Origin: a phage
NCBI GenBank assembly: GCA_023732985.1
Contig: GCA_023732985.1_3946.1
Reading direction: 5' to 3' (one strand)
DNA: 64,000 nucleotides
A program made the position numbers and the translations under genes. This document shows, one piece after another, positions 33,866 to 42,893 of this stretch. Numbering within the stretch: the first letter of the stretch is position 1; every line of letters starts with the position of its first letter. The notes under the pieces are model-generated. The model was not told where the DNA came from and did not search any database. It was given only the letters and a program-made list of their open reading frames with translations.

Positions 33866-33890
33866 AAAGGGTCTCTTCGGAGACCTTTTT
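33866..33890 (+). terminator. intrinsic terminator
   Basis: GGGTCTC-TTCG-GAGACC followed by TTTTT. Confidence 0.6.
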
Positions 33891-33909
33891 AGCATGTAAA
33901 GGGGCAATA

Positions 33910-36054
33910 ATGAACAAAGTACAGATTATTAAAAAGAATGGCTCACTTGAAGAACCGGATATCAAAAAAGTTTTAGCAGCAGTAACTAAGTCAGCTAACA
34001 GGGTTGGGTATAAAGAACTCCCACCAGATGTTACCCAAGCTCTTGAGTCAGCATTTATGAGACTTCTGGTGAAGTCCACTAAGCAGAATAATTTACTAAT
34101 CTCGGTAAATGATATTCACAGTATTGTTGAGGGTGCTTTGGCAGAAGTTAATCACGAGATTTACGAGTCTTACTCAACATACAGAAATTACCGTAAAGAG
34201 GTTGCTCAAAATTGGGATGAACTTTACCAAAAGACTAGAGACACACTCTTCTTAGGTGACCGTGAAAATGCTAACTTTGACAGCAGTTTAATTTCTACGA
34301 AAGGTTCAATTATCCGTGGTTACCTGACTAAAGAAATCTTTAAACAGTATCATCTAACACCAGAGGAACTTGAAGCCATTGAGAAAGGCTTTATCTATAT
34401 CCACGATTTGAGAGACCTGATTTTTGGTGGTATTAACTGTTGCCTGTTTGACATTGGTAAAGTACTAAAAGGTGGCTTTGAAATGTCCGGCATTGAGTAC
34501 TGTGAACCTAAATCTGTACTGTCAGCGTTGCAGGTTATTGGTGACGTAGTACTTTCAGCAACTGCACAGCAATTTGGTGGTTTTACTTTAGCAGAGATTG
34601 ATAAGGTACTTGTACCGTATGCTAAGAAGTCTCTACGCTATCATGCTGAGAAAGCATCATCTTATGGTATTCCTAAAGAGCATTACCACAATTATGTAAT
34701 GGAGCAGTTACAAATTGAACTGACTCAAGGTTTTCAGTCACTTGAGATGAAACTAAATACCGTACCTTGTAGCCGTGGTGATTTTGCATTCACAACTTTA
34801 ACATTTGGTTTACTTGACTCAGATATGTCTAATGAGGATAATCGACTCCAATACATGATTGCAAGTACTCTCCTAGATGTTCGTATGAATGGACAAGGCA
34901 AGAGCAAAAAACCTGTTGTATTCCCTAAACTGGTTTATATTTATGACCAGAAGAGACATGATGAAAATATCTGTCAAGGTCACCTGTACAGTAAAGCTAT
35001 TGAGTGTTGCTCTAAAGCAATGTACCCAGATTTCTTAAGTGTGTCTGGTCATGGTGCTGTAGCAGAGGCTTTTGAGCGTTCTGGTAAGGTAATTTCACCG
35101 ATGGGTTGCAGAGCCTTTTTATCTCCATATTTTAATGAGGATGGGGAAGAGTTTTACGTTGGTCGTGCTAACATTGGTGCTGTATCTTTGAACTTGCCAA
35201 TGATTTACCAGTACTCTAAAGAGAATGGTTTAGATTTCTGGAAAGAGCTTGATAAGTACCTAGAGATGATTCGCAACTTCCACAAGAAACGCTACGAAAT
35301 GATTGCTAATATGCCAGCAAGTTCTAACCCTCTTGCGTTCACACAAGGTGGTCTGTACAAAGGAACTAAGAAACCTACTGACAAGGTTGGTTGGGATATT
35401 GTGAAGTCCTTCACAGCTTCTTTTGGTGTTACTGCGCTTGATGAGTTGTCTGTTCTTGCTGAAGGTAAACGACTTCATGAAGTTGGTAGCTATAGTTTTG
35501 CATATGATGTTCTGGCATACATCAACATGAAAACCGAAGAGTTTAAAAATGAAGATGGCTTCTTATATGCCGTCTATGGTACTCCAGCAGAATCACTATG
35601 TGGGACTCAGCTAAAACAGTTCAGAGATATGTTTGGGGTTATCAAAGGTGTTTCCGATAAGGAATACTTTACAAACAGTTTCCATATGAATGTTGCAGCA
35701 GACATCTCACCATTTGAGAAGCAGGACTTAGAAGAGCCATTCTTCCATATCTGTAGAGGCGGTAGAATCCAGTATGTAAGAGTAGCTAACCCAGAAAACT
35801 TATCAGCACTTAAGAGTTGTATTACAAGAGGGATGTTGAAAGGTTTCTATCAGGGACTTAACTTTGACTTAGCAATCTGTGAACATTGTGGTAACAGACC
35901 AAAATCAGATGTTGAAGAGTGTGAAGTTTGTCACTCACATGATATCTCTGTGATTAACAGGGTGTGTGGTTATCTTGGATGGACTAAGATTAAAGGTGAA
36001 TCACGAATGAATGATGCAAAAATCGCTGAGATTCGTGACAGAGTTTCTATGTAA
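33910..36054 (+). CDS. nrdD: anaerobic ribonucleoside-triphosphate reductase (class III)
   Basis: C-terminal Zn ribbon CEHCGN...CEVCHSHD and glycyl-radical motif RVCGYLG. Confidence 0.85.
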   Translation: MNKVQIIKKNGSLEEPDIKKVLAAVTKSANRVGYKELPPDVTQALESAFMRLLVKSTKQNNLLISVNDIHSIVEGALAEVNHEIYESYSTYRNYRKEVAQNWDELYQKTRDTLFLGDRENANFDSSLISTKGSIIRGYLTKEIFKQYHLTPEELEAIEKGFIYIHDLRDLIFGGINCCLFDIGKVLKGGFEMSGIEYCEPKSVLSALQVIGDVVLSATAQQFGGFTLAEIDKVLVPYAKKSLRYHAEKASSYGIPKEHYHNYVMEQLQIELTQGFQSLEMKLNTVPCSRGDFAFTTLTFGLLDSDMSNEDNRLQYMIASTLLDVRMNGQGKSKKPVVFPKLVYIYDQKRHDENICQGHLYSKAIECCSKAMYPDFLSVSGHGAVAEAFERSGKVISPMGCRAFLSPYFNEDGEEFYVGRANIGAVSLNLPMIYQYSKENGLDFWKELDKYLEMIRNFHKKRYEMIANMPASSNPLAFTQGGLYKGTKKPTDKVGWDIVKSFTASFGVTALDELSVLAEGKRLHEVGSYSFAYDVLAYINMKTEEFKNEDGFLYAVYGTPAESLCGTQLKQFRDMFGVIKGVSDKEYFTNSFHMNVAADISPFEKQDLEEPFFHICRGGRIQYVRVANPENLSALKSCITRGMLKGFYQGLNFDLAICEHCGNRPKSDVEECEVCHSHDISVINRVCGYLGWTKIKGESRMNDAKIAEIRDRVSM

Positions 36055-36208
36055 AACTTGACATGGTGGTGTGAGTCTTGATAGGCTTACATCACCTTTT
36101 TTATTGGATGTTAGATATGGCAGAGAGTATTATTGGGTTGTTCATAGGTTCTGTCTTACTAGGGTTCTTTTTAGGACTCTCTTATTGTGAATTAAGAGGC
36201 AAGTTAAA

Positions 36209-36409
36209 ATGTTTAAAATATCAAAAGCGTTGATATACATTCTCCACATTCTAACCTTCTTCTTTGGGGTTAGTGTTATGGTATGGGGTTTTTCAGACCC
36301 ACAATGGAGTTTCGCATATCAGGGTCAGATGGATTTATGGTCATGCTTCAAACCATTTTTAGGGTTAGTCATAGCATTCAGTGCATTGCCAACTAAGGTG
36401 AAATTATGA
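36209..36409 (+). CDS. hypothetical small membrane protein
   Basis: 66 aa hydrophobic ORF. Confidence 0.3.
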   Translation: MFKISKALIYILHILTFFFGVSVMVWGFSDPQWSFAYQGQMDLWSCFKPFLGLVIAFSALPTKVKL

Positions 36410-36801
36410 TTAAGTTGAACAAAAAACAGTTAGAGTGGATTAAAGATTATGCCTCAGAGTGTGGCTCTTGCGAAAAGAATCACGTAAGATATTCAACATT
36501 CCATACGACCTTCACATTGTACATCAGTGACAACGTTCTAAGTGATTCTGTAGAAGATGGTGTACCGTTACCTAATGAATTACTTGACAAATTAGCTGTA
36601 GTTACTGGAACGTGGAGTGAAGAAGATGGTCACGAACTATCTGACGATGTTGTCTTCTACAGTCTTGAAAATATTATGAATCCAGAGTACATTATGCTAA
36701 TGACTTGTGCACAAGACTGTGTACCATTACAAAACTTCATTAAAGAGCACTGCGAAGAGTTTATTACTAAACAGGTTCCTTGTCAGGTGGTGTTTGAATG
36801 A
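36406..36801 (+). CDS. hypothetical protein
   Basis: 131 aa ORF. Confidence 0.3.
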   Translation: MIKLNKKQLEWIKDYASECGSCEKNHVRYSTFHTTFTLYISDNVLSDSVEDGVPLPNELLDKLAVVTGTWSEEDGHELSDDVVFYSLENIMNPEYIMLMTCAQDCVPLQNFIKEHCEEFITKQVPCQVVFE

Positions 36802-37097
36802 GTAAAACAATTCGAAGAAAAGGTTTAAAGAACGTTCACGGACTCTATGAGTGGAGGAATGAGGTACGTAACAGAGAGAACGCTTCAGATATCTACTTCC
36901 ATTCTGATATGATGTCCAGAAAAGGTGGCTCTTATGACTTTACAAGTCAACCTTGTAGAGAGATTAAGAAGGCTACTAAACGTATTACAAGAACACAAAT
37001 AAGACAGCTTTCTAAGACATCCTTCTTAGATGAAGACTTTGACATTGATAGCAAGTCTCCAAAGAAAGCTGCAAAGAACGTCTATATGTATTGGTGA
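36798..37097 (+). CDS. hypothetical protein
   Basis: 99 aa ORF. Confidence 0.3.
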   Translation: MSKTIRRKGLKNVHGLYEWRNEVRNRENASDIYFHSDMMSRKGGSYDFTSQPCREIKKATKRITRTQIRQLSKTSFLDEDFDIDSKSPKKAAKNVYMYW

Positions 37098-37219
37098 GGT
37101 AATTTGTGAATGTATAGGGTTATAGGTGCGTTTGTCATTTTCTTAATGGTGGCATTTGTATATACATTAGCAGCGTCAGTAATTGGATTACCAAACCCTT
37201 TGATTTGGAGGTTAAACTA

Positions 37220-37705
37220 ATGAATTACATGGAGATTAGACCATTTGACACAGCTAATGGTGAAGGGGTCCGTGTAAGTCTCTTCGTAGCTGGTTGTAAG
37301 CATCACTGTGAAGGTTGCTTTAATAAGGAATCTTGGAAGTTTAATGCTGGTAAAGAGTTCACTTATGCAAACCTTTATGGCATCATTAAGTTAATGGATG
37401 ATAATGCCATCAGTGGGCTGTCAATACTTGGTGGAGAACCTCTAGATGATAGAAATATTCAAGAGGTTACCAACATATGCAAACGTATTAAAACCGTTTA
37501 CCCAGAAAAATCTATCTGGCTCTGGACAGGTTTTCAGTTACATGAAAAAATTCACCTTGATGTGATGAAATATGTTGACGTGGTGATTGATGGTAAGTAT
37601 GATTCATCTAAACCAACAGTTAAACCGTATCGTGGTTCAGATAACCAAAACCTCTGGAGAAAAGAGTACGGATGGCAAGGTGATTGTCAGTGGAGAGCAG
37701 AGTAA
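37220..37705 (+). CDS. nrdG: anaerobic ribonucleotide reductase activating protein (radical SAM)
   Basis: CKHHCEGC (CxxxCxxC) radical-SAM cluster motif; track start 37205 is TTG, ATG at 37220 with GGAG RBS preferred. Confidence 0.85.
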   Translation: MNYMEIRPFDTANGEGVRVSLFVAGCKHHCEGCFNKESWKFNAGKEFTYANLYGIIKLMDDNAISGLSILGGEPLDDRNIQEVTNICKRIKTVYPEKSIWLWTGFQLHEKIHLDVMKYVDVVIDGKYDSSKPTVKPYRGSDNQNLWRKEYGWQGDCQWRAE

Positions 37706-37829
37706 ATCTCGTTATAAAGTAGGTTATCGGTAAAAGCCACTTTACAATGTTCTACAGAACAAACTTAACCGTTGGTATCACTGAAGAAGAACTTAAAACA
37801 TTTTGTGAAAAGATTGAGAGAGATATGAA

Positions 37830-38087
37830 ATGGGACTCTGGAATAGTTTTAAATCAAAAGTGAAAGCAGCACTAGCTTCATTAGGTATGCTCACTGGTGT
37901 TGATGTGACTCATCTTATGCAGAACTTCAAGATGGATGAGAAACTGGCTAATGAGATTATGAAAAGCATCTATGTAGGCCGTGGCAAAGGTGGTAAGAAG
38001 CAAGCCCATCGTCCGACTGGTGCAGCAGCAATTAAACGCGCAGCTAAGAAAGCTCGTAACCGTAAACGTAATAAGAAGGCTAAATAA
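37830..38087 (+). CDS. hypothetical protein with basic C-terminus
   Basis: 85 aa, C-terminal KKARNRKRNKKAK. Confidence 0.3.
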   Translation: MGLWNSFKSKVKAALASLGMLTGVDVTHLMQNFKMDEKLANEIMKSIYVGRGKGGKKQAHRPTGAAAIKRAAKKARNRKRNKKAK

Positions 38088-38089
38088 TC

Positions 38090-38410
38090 ATGAGCAAAGT
38101 TTATAACACTCGTAAATTACAGATTTTCTTACTGTGCCAGTTTATGGCTAGAGAACATAACTCCTACTATTGTGGTACAGGATTCATTAGTGATAATGAT
38201 GGCTCATATCTCCCATTCAAAGAGGCTGTAAAACTCTTCAATGAAGAGAAAAGCTCTGAGAAAGGTATTGAAAAGGTTAAATTAACCTATAGTAAGAAAG
38301 ATAAGAAGATTATCTGCCTAGATAACTTTGTGAAAGTTACCAAAGAAACTAAAGAGTTAATGGAAGAAAGTGAAATTCCATTCACAAGAATCTTGAAAGT
38401 AGCTCAGTAA
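38090..38410 (+). CDS. hypothetical protein
   Basis: 106 aa ORF. Confidence 0.3.
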   Translation: MSKVYNTRKLQIFLLCQFMAREHNSYYCGTGFISDNDGSYLPFKEAVKLFNEEKSSEKGIEKVKLTYSKKDKKIICLDNFVKVTKETKELMEESEIPFTRILKVAQ

Positions 38411-38423
38411 GCAGATACTATAA

Positions 38424-38450
38424 GGGAACTGTAAAGGTTCCCTTTTTATT
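38424..38450 (+). terminator. intrinsic terminator
   Basis: GGGAAC-TGTAAAG-GTTCCC followed by TTTTTATTTT. Confidence 0.55.
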
Positions 38451-38461
38451 TTGGAGATAGT

Positions 38462-38977
38462 ATGTACCTGTCAAATCTGAAACGTTCTGCTGCAATGTCA
38501 GTGTTAAGACTCAGTTTTGAGGAACGTCAAGAGTTCATTGACTCCCACCAATACGACCCTTCCAACTCCAATCACATGATTCTCTGGAATCGTGAGAGTA
38601 CTCGTGAAAGAGCATTATTTCGATATTACCCACACTACACCATAGATAATCTGTATGAATGTTTTGTTGTGAAGAACACCATTACAGTACTCAATAAACT
38701 TTGCAGATACACAGGCAGTCAATCCTTCACATTAGGTCATCACAAACCTATTACAAAAGGTGGTGAACATCACTGTGCAAACTGGTTTATCCAAACTAAA
38801 GCTGATAACCAGAAGCAAGGAGATAGCCTCCTAAGTATCCCTAAGATGACCTATGAAGAGCAAGAGAAATATATCAAAAATAATATGCCAGATGTGCTTG
38901 ACAACAACTATACAGATTTGGCAATATCTCTCCTGTTGAAGTTCGAGACAGTTTATAGGGCAACTTATAATGGCTAA
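38462..38977 (+). CDS. putative HNH endonuclease
   Basis: LGHHKPITKGGEHHCANWFIQTKADNQKQGD resembles an HNH core; weak. Confidence 0.35.
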   Translation: MYLSNLKRSAAMSVLRLSFEERQEFIDSHQYDPSNSNHMILWNRESTRERALFRYYPHYTIDNLYECFVVKNTITVLNKLCRYTGSQSFTLGHHKPITKGGEHHCANWFIQTKADNQKQGDSLLSIPKMTYEEQEKYIKNNMPDVLDNNYTDLAISLLLKFETVYRATYNG

Positions 38978-39248
38978 AGAAAAGTGGGAGATTTTACCAT
39001 TAGTCAGTGAAGGAGGTAATGGTTGTGAAATGTACATGATACGTGGTCATGTTCCAGAGCCAATTGCACTTGAGATGGTAAACAACTTTACAGATGGTTC
39101 TTACAAAGACTTAGGCGAACCAACTGTCAAGCAACAATGGGTTAAACCTGTACCAGACAGCACAGGTAACTGTAGTGTACTTTATCACGTTGTAGACCCT
39201 GCAAAATGCAAATCTGCAATGGCAGTAACAAACGTAACTTTTGATTGA
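38970..39248 (+). CDS. hypothetical protein
   Basis: 92 aa ORF. Confidence 0.3.
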   Translation: MAKEKWEILPLVSEGGNGCEMYMIRGHVPEPIALEMVNNFTDGSYKDLGEPTVKQQWVKPVPDSTGNCSVLYHVVDPAKCKSAMAVTNVTFD

Positions 39249-40141
39249 GAGAGAAAACTATGAAAACATCTATCCGTGTTACAGTTCATTCACCAACTAA
39301 AGGAACTCATGAAGAAGAGTTTAACATCATCCAATTTCCTTCTGGTGAGATTGGTGGACACTTTTCGCCAGAGTTTGTTGATTTCACTGCTTATGCAGCA
39401 TCATCCATCAACAATGTGATTATGGTTGTAAAAGGCTATGATAAGGATACATTGTTTGCTGTGGCACTTGCTAAAGAAGCAATTGATGATTTAATTCCTC
39501 ATGATTATGCTTTAAAAACTGTCATCTTTTACTACTTACCAAATGCACGTTATGACCGTCACATGTTTAAAGGCGACGCAGCAGCTTTAAAGGTTTTTGC
39601 TAAACAGGTAAATGCAATGGGATTTGGTGCAGTCTGTGCAGTTGACCCTCACAGCTATGTACCAGATAACCTGTTTAACTGCTTCCAGAGTATTCCTCAA
39701 AAGGAAATTGCAGTCCACTATGCAAATGACCCACTGATTGATTACTTAGTAGCCCCAGATGCAGGTGCTGCTAAGAAGATTGCAGAGACTGCTAAAGATG
39801 TGGATAAACCATATATCACAATGTCTAAAGTACGCAACCTTAAGACTGGTGAAATTACTGGTATGCGAATCCTTGATGATGTTGATTTGACAGATAAAAC
39901 CGTCATGATTCTGGATGATATCTGTGATGGTGGTCGAACCTTCATAGAAGCAGCTAAACATCTTCGTGAAGCAGGTGCAAAACGTGTGGAACTCTATGTA
40001 ACACACGGTATCTTCTCTAAAGATGTTGAAAACCTTCTTGACAATGGCATTGACCACATCTACACTACAAACTCTTTAGGGGAAGCTAAAGACCGTGGCT
40101 TAACACATTATGGTCAAGTTACTGTAGCAAACCTTGATTGA
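39245..40141 (+). CDS. ribose-phosphate pyrophosphokinase family protein (PRPP synthetase or ADPR-PP synthetase-like)
   Basis: PRTase-type motif VMILDDICDGGRTF and Prs-like C-terminal half; immediately upstream of NAMPT-like gene. Confidence 0.7.
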   Translation: MREKTMKTSIRVTVHSPTKGTHEEEFNIIQFPSGEIGGHFSPEFVDFTAYAASSINNVIMVVKGYDKDTLFAVALAKEAIDDLIPHDYALKTVIFYYLPNARYDRHMFKGDAAALKVFAKQVNAMGFGAVCAVDPHSYVPDNLFNCFQSIPQKEIAVHYANDPLIDYLVAPDAGAAKKIAETAKDVDKPYITMSKVRNLKTGEITGMRILDDVDLTDKTVMILDDICDGGRTFIEAAKHLREAGAKRVELYVTHGIFSKDVENLLDNGIDHIYTTNSLGEAKDRGLTHYGQVTVANLD

Positions 40142-40150
40142 AACTTTATA

Positions 40151-40171
40151 GGGGCTTAAAAGCCCCATTTT
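40151..40171 (+). terminator. intrinsic terminator candidate
   Basis: GGGGCTTAAAAGCCCC followed by ATTTTG. Confidence 0.45.
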
Positions 40172-40186
40172 GAGAGAGATTAAAAG

Positions 40187-41968
40187 ATGACTAAATCACT
40201 TTATGCAGTACCAGCAGGTTTAAACGCAGATGCTTACAAATCTGGTCATGTTTACCAGTACCCTAGTGCAACAGAGTACTTGATGTTCAACCTGACACCA
40301 CGTAGTGACAAATGGTTTAACAGCCCCTTAGCAATTGATGGTGTAGTAGCTTTTGGTATTCAACGTTTCGTTAAAGATTACTTGATAGACCACTGGAACG
40401 CCACTTTCTTTGAACGTGATAAAAAAGAAGCCATTGATGAAATCTTAGAAGTCATGAATGGTGTTCTGGGTAAAGATGCTATCGGTCGAGAGCATTGGGA
40501 AGCACTTCACGACTTAGGTTATCTACCAGTTGAAGTATACGCTGTAGAAGAAGGTACAGTTGTTCCTATGCGTGTACCAATGATTGTCTTCCAGAACACT
40601 GTTTCAGGTTTCCATTGGGTAGCGGGATATCTGGAAGATGCTTTCTCTGCTGAGATTTGGAAGGCTTGTACCATTGCAACTATTGCATTGCATTATAAAC
40701 GCATCTGTAAGAAGTGGGCTGACCTTACTTGCGACAATGACTTACATTTACCTTATCAGTGCCATGACTTTGCTATGCGTGGTATGTCCGGCTTTACTGA
40801 TGACGCATTTAACGCTGTAGGCCACTTAACCAGCTTTAAAGGGACTGATAGCTTCCCTGCTGTATATACAGCTAAACGCATCTACGGACAGTCTTACCCA
40901 GTCTCTGATATTGGTGGTTCTGTACCAGCCACTGAACACTCTGTAATGTGTGCAAACATTGCTTGGGAAGGTGGTAATGAGTTGGTTGAAGAAGAAAGAC
41001 GCTTTAAAGGTGAGTTGCAAACCTTCCGTCGCTTCTTAACAGAAACTTATCCAACTGGTATTGCAAGTGTTGTTTCAGACACTTATAACTTCTGGAGAAC
41101 TGTGTCAGAAATCTTACCAGCACTCCGTAAAGAAATTATGGAACGTGATGGCAAACTGGTAATTCGTCCTGACTCTGGAGACCCTGTACACATTGTCACA
41201 GGTTATAAAGCAATCCACTTAGAGTGTGCTAAAAAGGCTTATTATGAGCACCTAAGCAAGCTGGAAGCCAGTGACACAATGTTGAATGCTGTTCTGAACA
41301 TGAAGCTTGAAAACATCAACTATGGTATTGCTGGATGGCTACTGTCAGAAGGCTACGAAATGGTTGTTGACAGAGAAGACTTTGAAGCTGCTGATACGGT
41401 GATGTTGAAGAATGCTTATATGGTTGGCTCTGCAAATGTTGTAACACGTCCTGTAGCTGAGATTGATGGAGCTATTAAGACACTGTACAACATCTTTGGG
41501 GGAACTATCAACTCTAAAGGCTTTAAGGTACTGGATGAGCACATTGGACTTATCTATGGTGACTCTATCACGTTGGAACGTGCAAACGAAATCCTGAAGC
41601 GCCTGTACGAAATGGGTTTTGCAAGCTCTAACGTAGTGTTTGGTGTAGGTTCTTACACTTACCAGTACATGACTCGTGACACATTTGCATTTGCTGTCAA
41701 AGCAACTCTTGCAAGCATTGGTGGTAAAGAGATTATGCTTGCAAAAGACCCTAAAACAGATAGTGGTATTAAGAAGTCTGCTTTTGGTGGTGTAGCCCCT
41801 ATGTGGGATGGTGAGAATTTGAAAGCTGTAGATGGCTATGGATTCCAGAGCTTTGCAGATGCACTTGAACATCCAGCTTGTGCTTTACGTTTAGTCTTTA
41901 GCGACTCTGAGCAGTACGGTTACACAACTCTTGGTGATATTCGAAATAATATTGACAAGCAGCTTTAA
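40187..41968 (+). CDS. nicotinamide phosphoribosyltransferase family protein (NAMPT/NadV or Namat-like)
   Basis: Motifs SFKGTDS, VVSDTYNFW, IRPDSGDP that I recall as NAMPT signatures. Confidence 0.75.
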   Translation: MTKSLYAVPAGLNADAYKSGHVYQYPSATEYLMFNLTPRSDKWFNSPLAIDGVVAFGIQRFVKDYLIDHWNATFFERDKKEAIDEILEVMNGVLGKDAIGREHWEALHDLGYLPVEVYAVEEGTVVPMRVPMIVFQNTVSGFHWVAGYLEDAFSAEIWKACTIATIALHYKRICKKWADLTCDNDLHLPYQCHDFAMRGMSGFTDDAFNAVGHLTSFKGTDSFPAVYTAKRIYGQSYPVSDIGGSVPATEHSVMCANIAWEGGNELVEEERRFKGELQTFRRFLTETYPTGIASVVSDTYNFWRTVSEILPALRKEIMERDGKLVIRPDSGDPVHIVTGYKAIHLECAKKAYYEHLSKLEASDTMLNAVLNMKLENINYGIAGWLLSEGYEMVVDREDFEAADTVMLKNAYMVGSANVVTRPVAEIDGAIKTLYNIFGGTINSKGFKVLDEHIGLIYGDSITLERANEILKRLYEMGFASSNVVFGVGSYTYQYMTRDTFAFAVKATLASIGGKEIMLAKDPKTDSGIKKSAFGGVAPMWDGENLKAVDGYGFQSFADALEHPACALRLVFSDSEQYGYTTLGDIRNNIDKQL

Positions 41969-41982
41969 AAGTATATGATAAG

Positions 41983-42005
41983 AGGCTCCTACGGGAGCCT
42001 TTTTA
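41983..42005 (+). terminator. intrinsic terminator
   Basis: AGGCTCC-TACG-GGAGCCT followed by TTTTAATTT. Confidence 0.55.
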
Positions 42006-42021
42006 ATTTCTGGAGAATGCT

Positions 42022-42366
42022 ATGGACAACCTTTCCATATGGTTTAACAATAAACCTGTACAACCGAAATACTTACAAGTTGCCTATACAGACATCCTTA
42101 AAGTTCTCGGTAAAGAAAAGTTTGAAAAGTTTTGTGAAGGTATCTACAATCACCACTGCCAATTTGCTACAAAAGAAGGTATGTTTGTCATAGAACAGTT
42201 CTTTGGCAGAGACCCAGATGACTACGAAGAGATTAGCTTTGTAATGAAATACATGATAGAGTATATTGAAAATCGTGGATTCGAAGTTAATCCTGAATTT
42301 TATGAACATGAGGGTGTACCTTTAGCAAAAGGTTTCGATGGCATACTCATTAACTGGACTTGGTGA
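42022..42366 (+). CDS. hypothetical protein
   Basis: 114 aa ORF. Confidence 0.35.
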   Translation: MDNLSIWFNNKPVQPKYLQVAYTDILKVLGKEKFEKFCEGIYNHHCQFATKEGMFVIEQFFGRDPDDYEEISFVMKYMIEYIENRGFEVNPEFYEHEGVPLAKGFDGILINWTW

Positions 42367-42707
42367 AAACTATGAAAATCAAAGAGATGAACATCAACAT
42401 TATCTTAGAAGAACGTTGGGAGAACATTAAGAAACCTGAAGATGGTAAAAAGTTCCTTAACAAAATTTTAGTAGCAGCTAAAGAAGAACTGACTGGCAAG
42501 ATTGCAGCAGCAATCACAATAAAAGTTTGTGTAAAAGGTCTTCCAGACCATCACCAATTTGCACTTGACGAGTTTAAAAAAAGCTTCTACAATCCAAACA
42601 AACAGATGCTTGAAAGTAACTTTGCAGTATCTACAAGTATCGTCCATGACAGAAGCTTTATCCTTTACAAAAACATGAGGGGTGAGTCATGCAAGCATAT
42701 TGGGTAG
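42360..42707 (+). CDS. hypothetical protein
   Basis: 115 aa ORF. Confidence 0.35.
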   Translation: MVKTMKIKEMNINIILEERWENIKKPEDGKKFLNKILVAAKEELTGKIAAAITIKVCVKGLPDHHQFALDEFKKSFYNPNKQMLESNFAVSTSIVHDRSFILYKNMRGESCKHIG

Positions 42708-42865
42708 AAACTTTACTGTCACTTGGTAGTGTAGCAGTCCTTGTTTATCTTCTTTGTAAGTACTTTGCAGAACACAAGAAGTGTGACTACTGTAACGGAG
42801 AAGGGTATACAAGAGCAGGTTGTTGCCCTATGTGTGGTGGTTCTGGTAAAATGTTTAATAAGTAA
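42689..42865 (+). CDS. hypothetical small membrane protein with zinc ribbon (58 aa, not in ORF track)
   Basis: ATG 42689 with GAGG RBS; hydrophobic N-terminus then CDYCNGEG...CCPMCGGSG. Confidence 0.3.
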   Translation: MQAYWVETLLSLGSVAVLVYLLCKYFAEHKKCDYCNGEGYTRAGCCPMCGGSGKMFNK

Positions 42866-42893
42866 TTTAACAGTAAACTAAGAGGAAAGTATT

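Noticed and set aside
33910-36054. Intron or intein in nrdD, nrdA or the DNA polymerase
   Set aside because: All three translate as single uninterrupted ORFs of normal length; no internal endonuclease-like insertion is evident.
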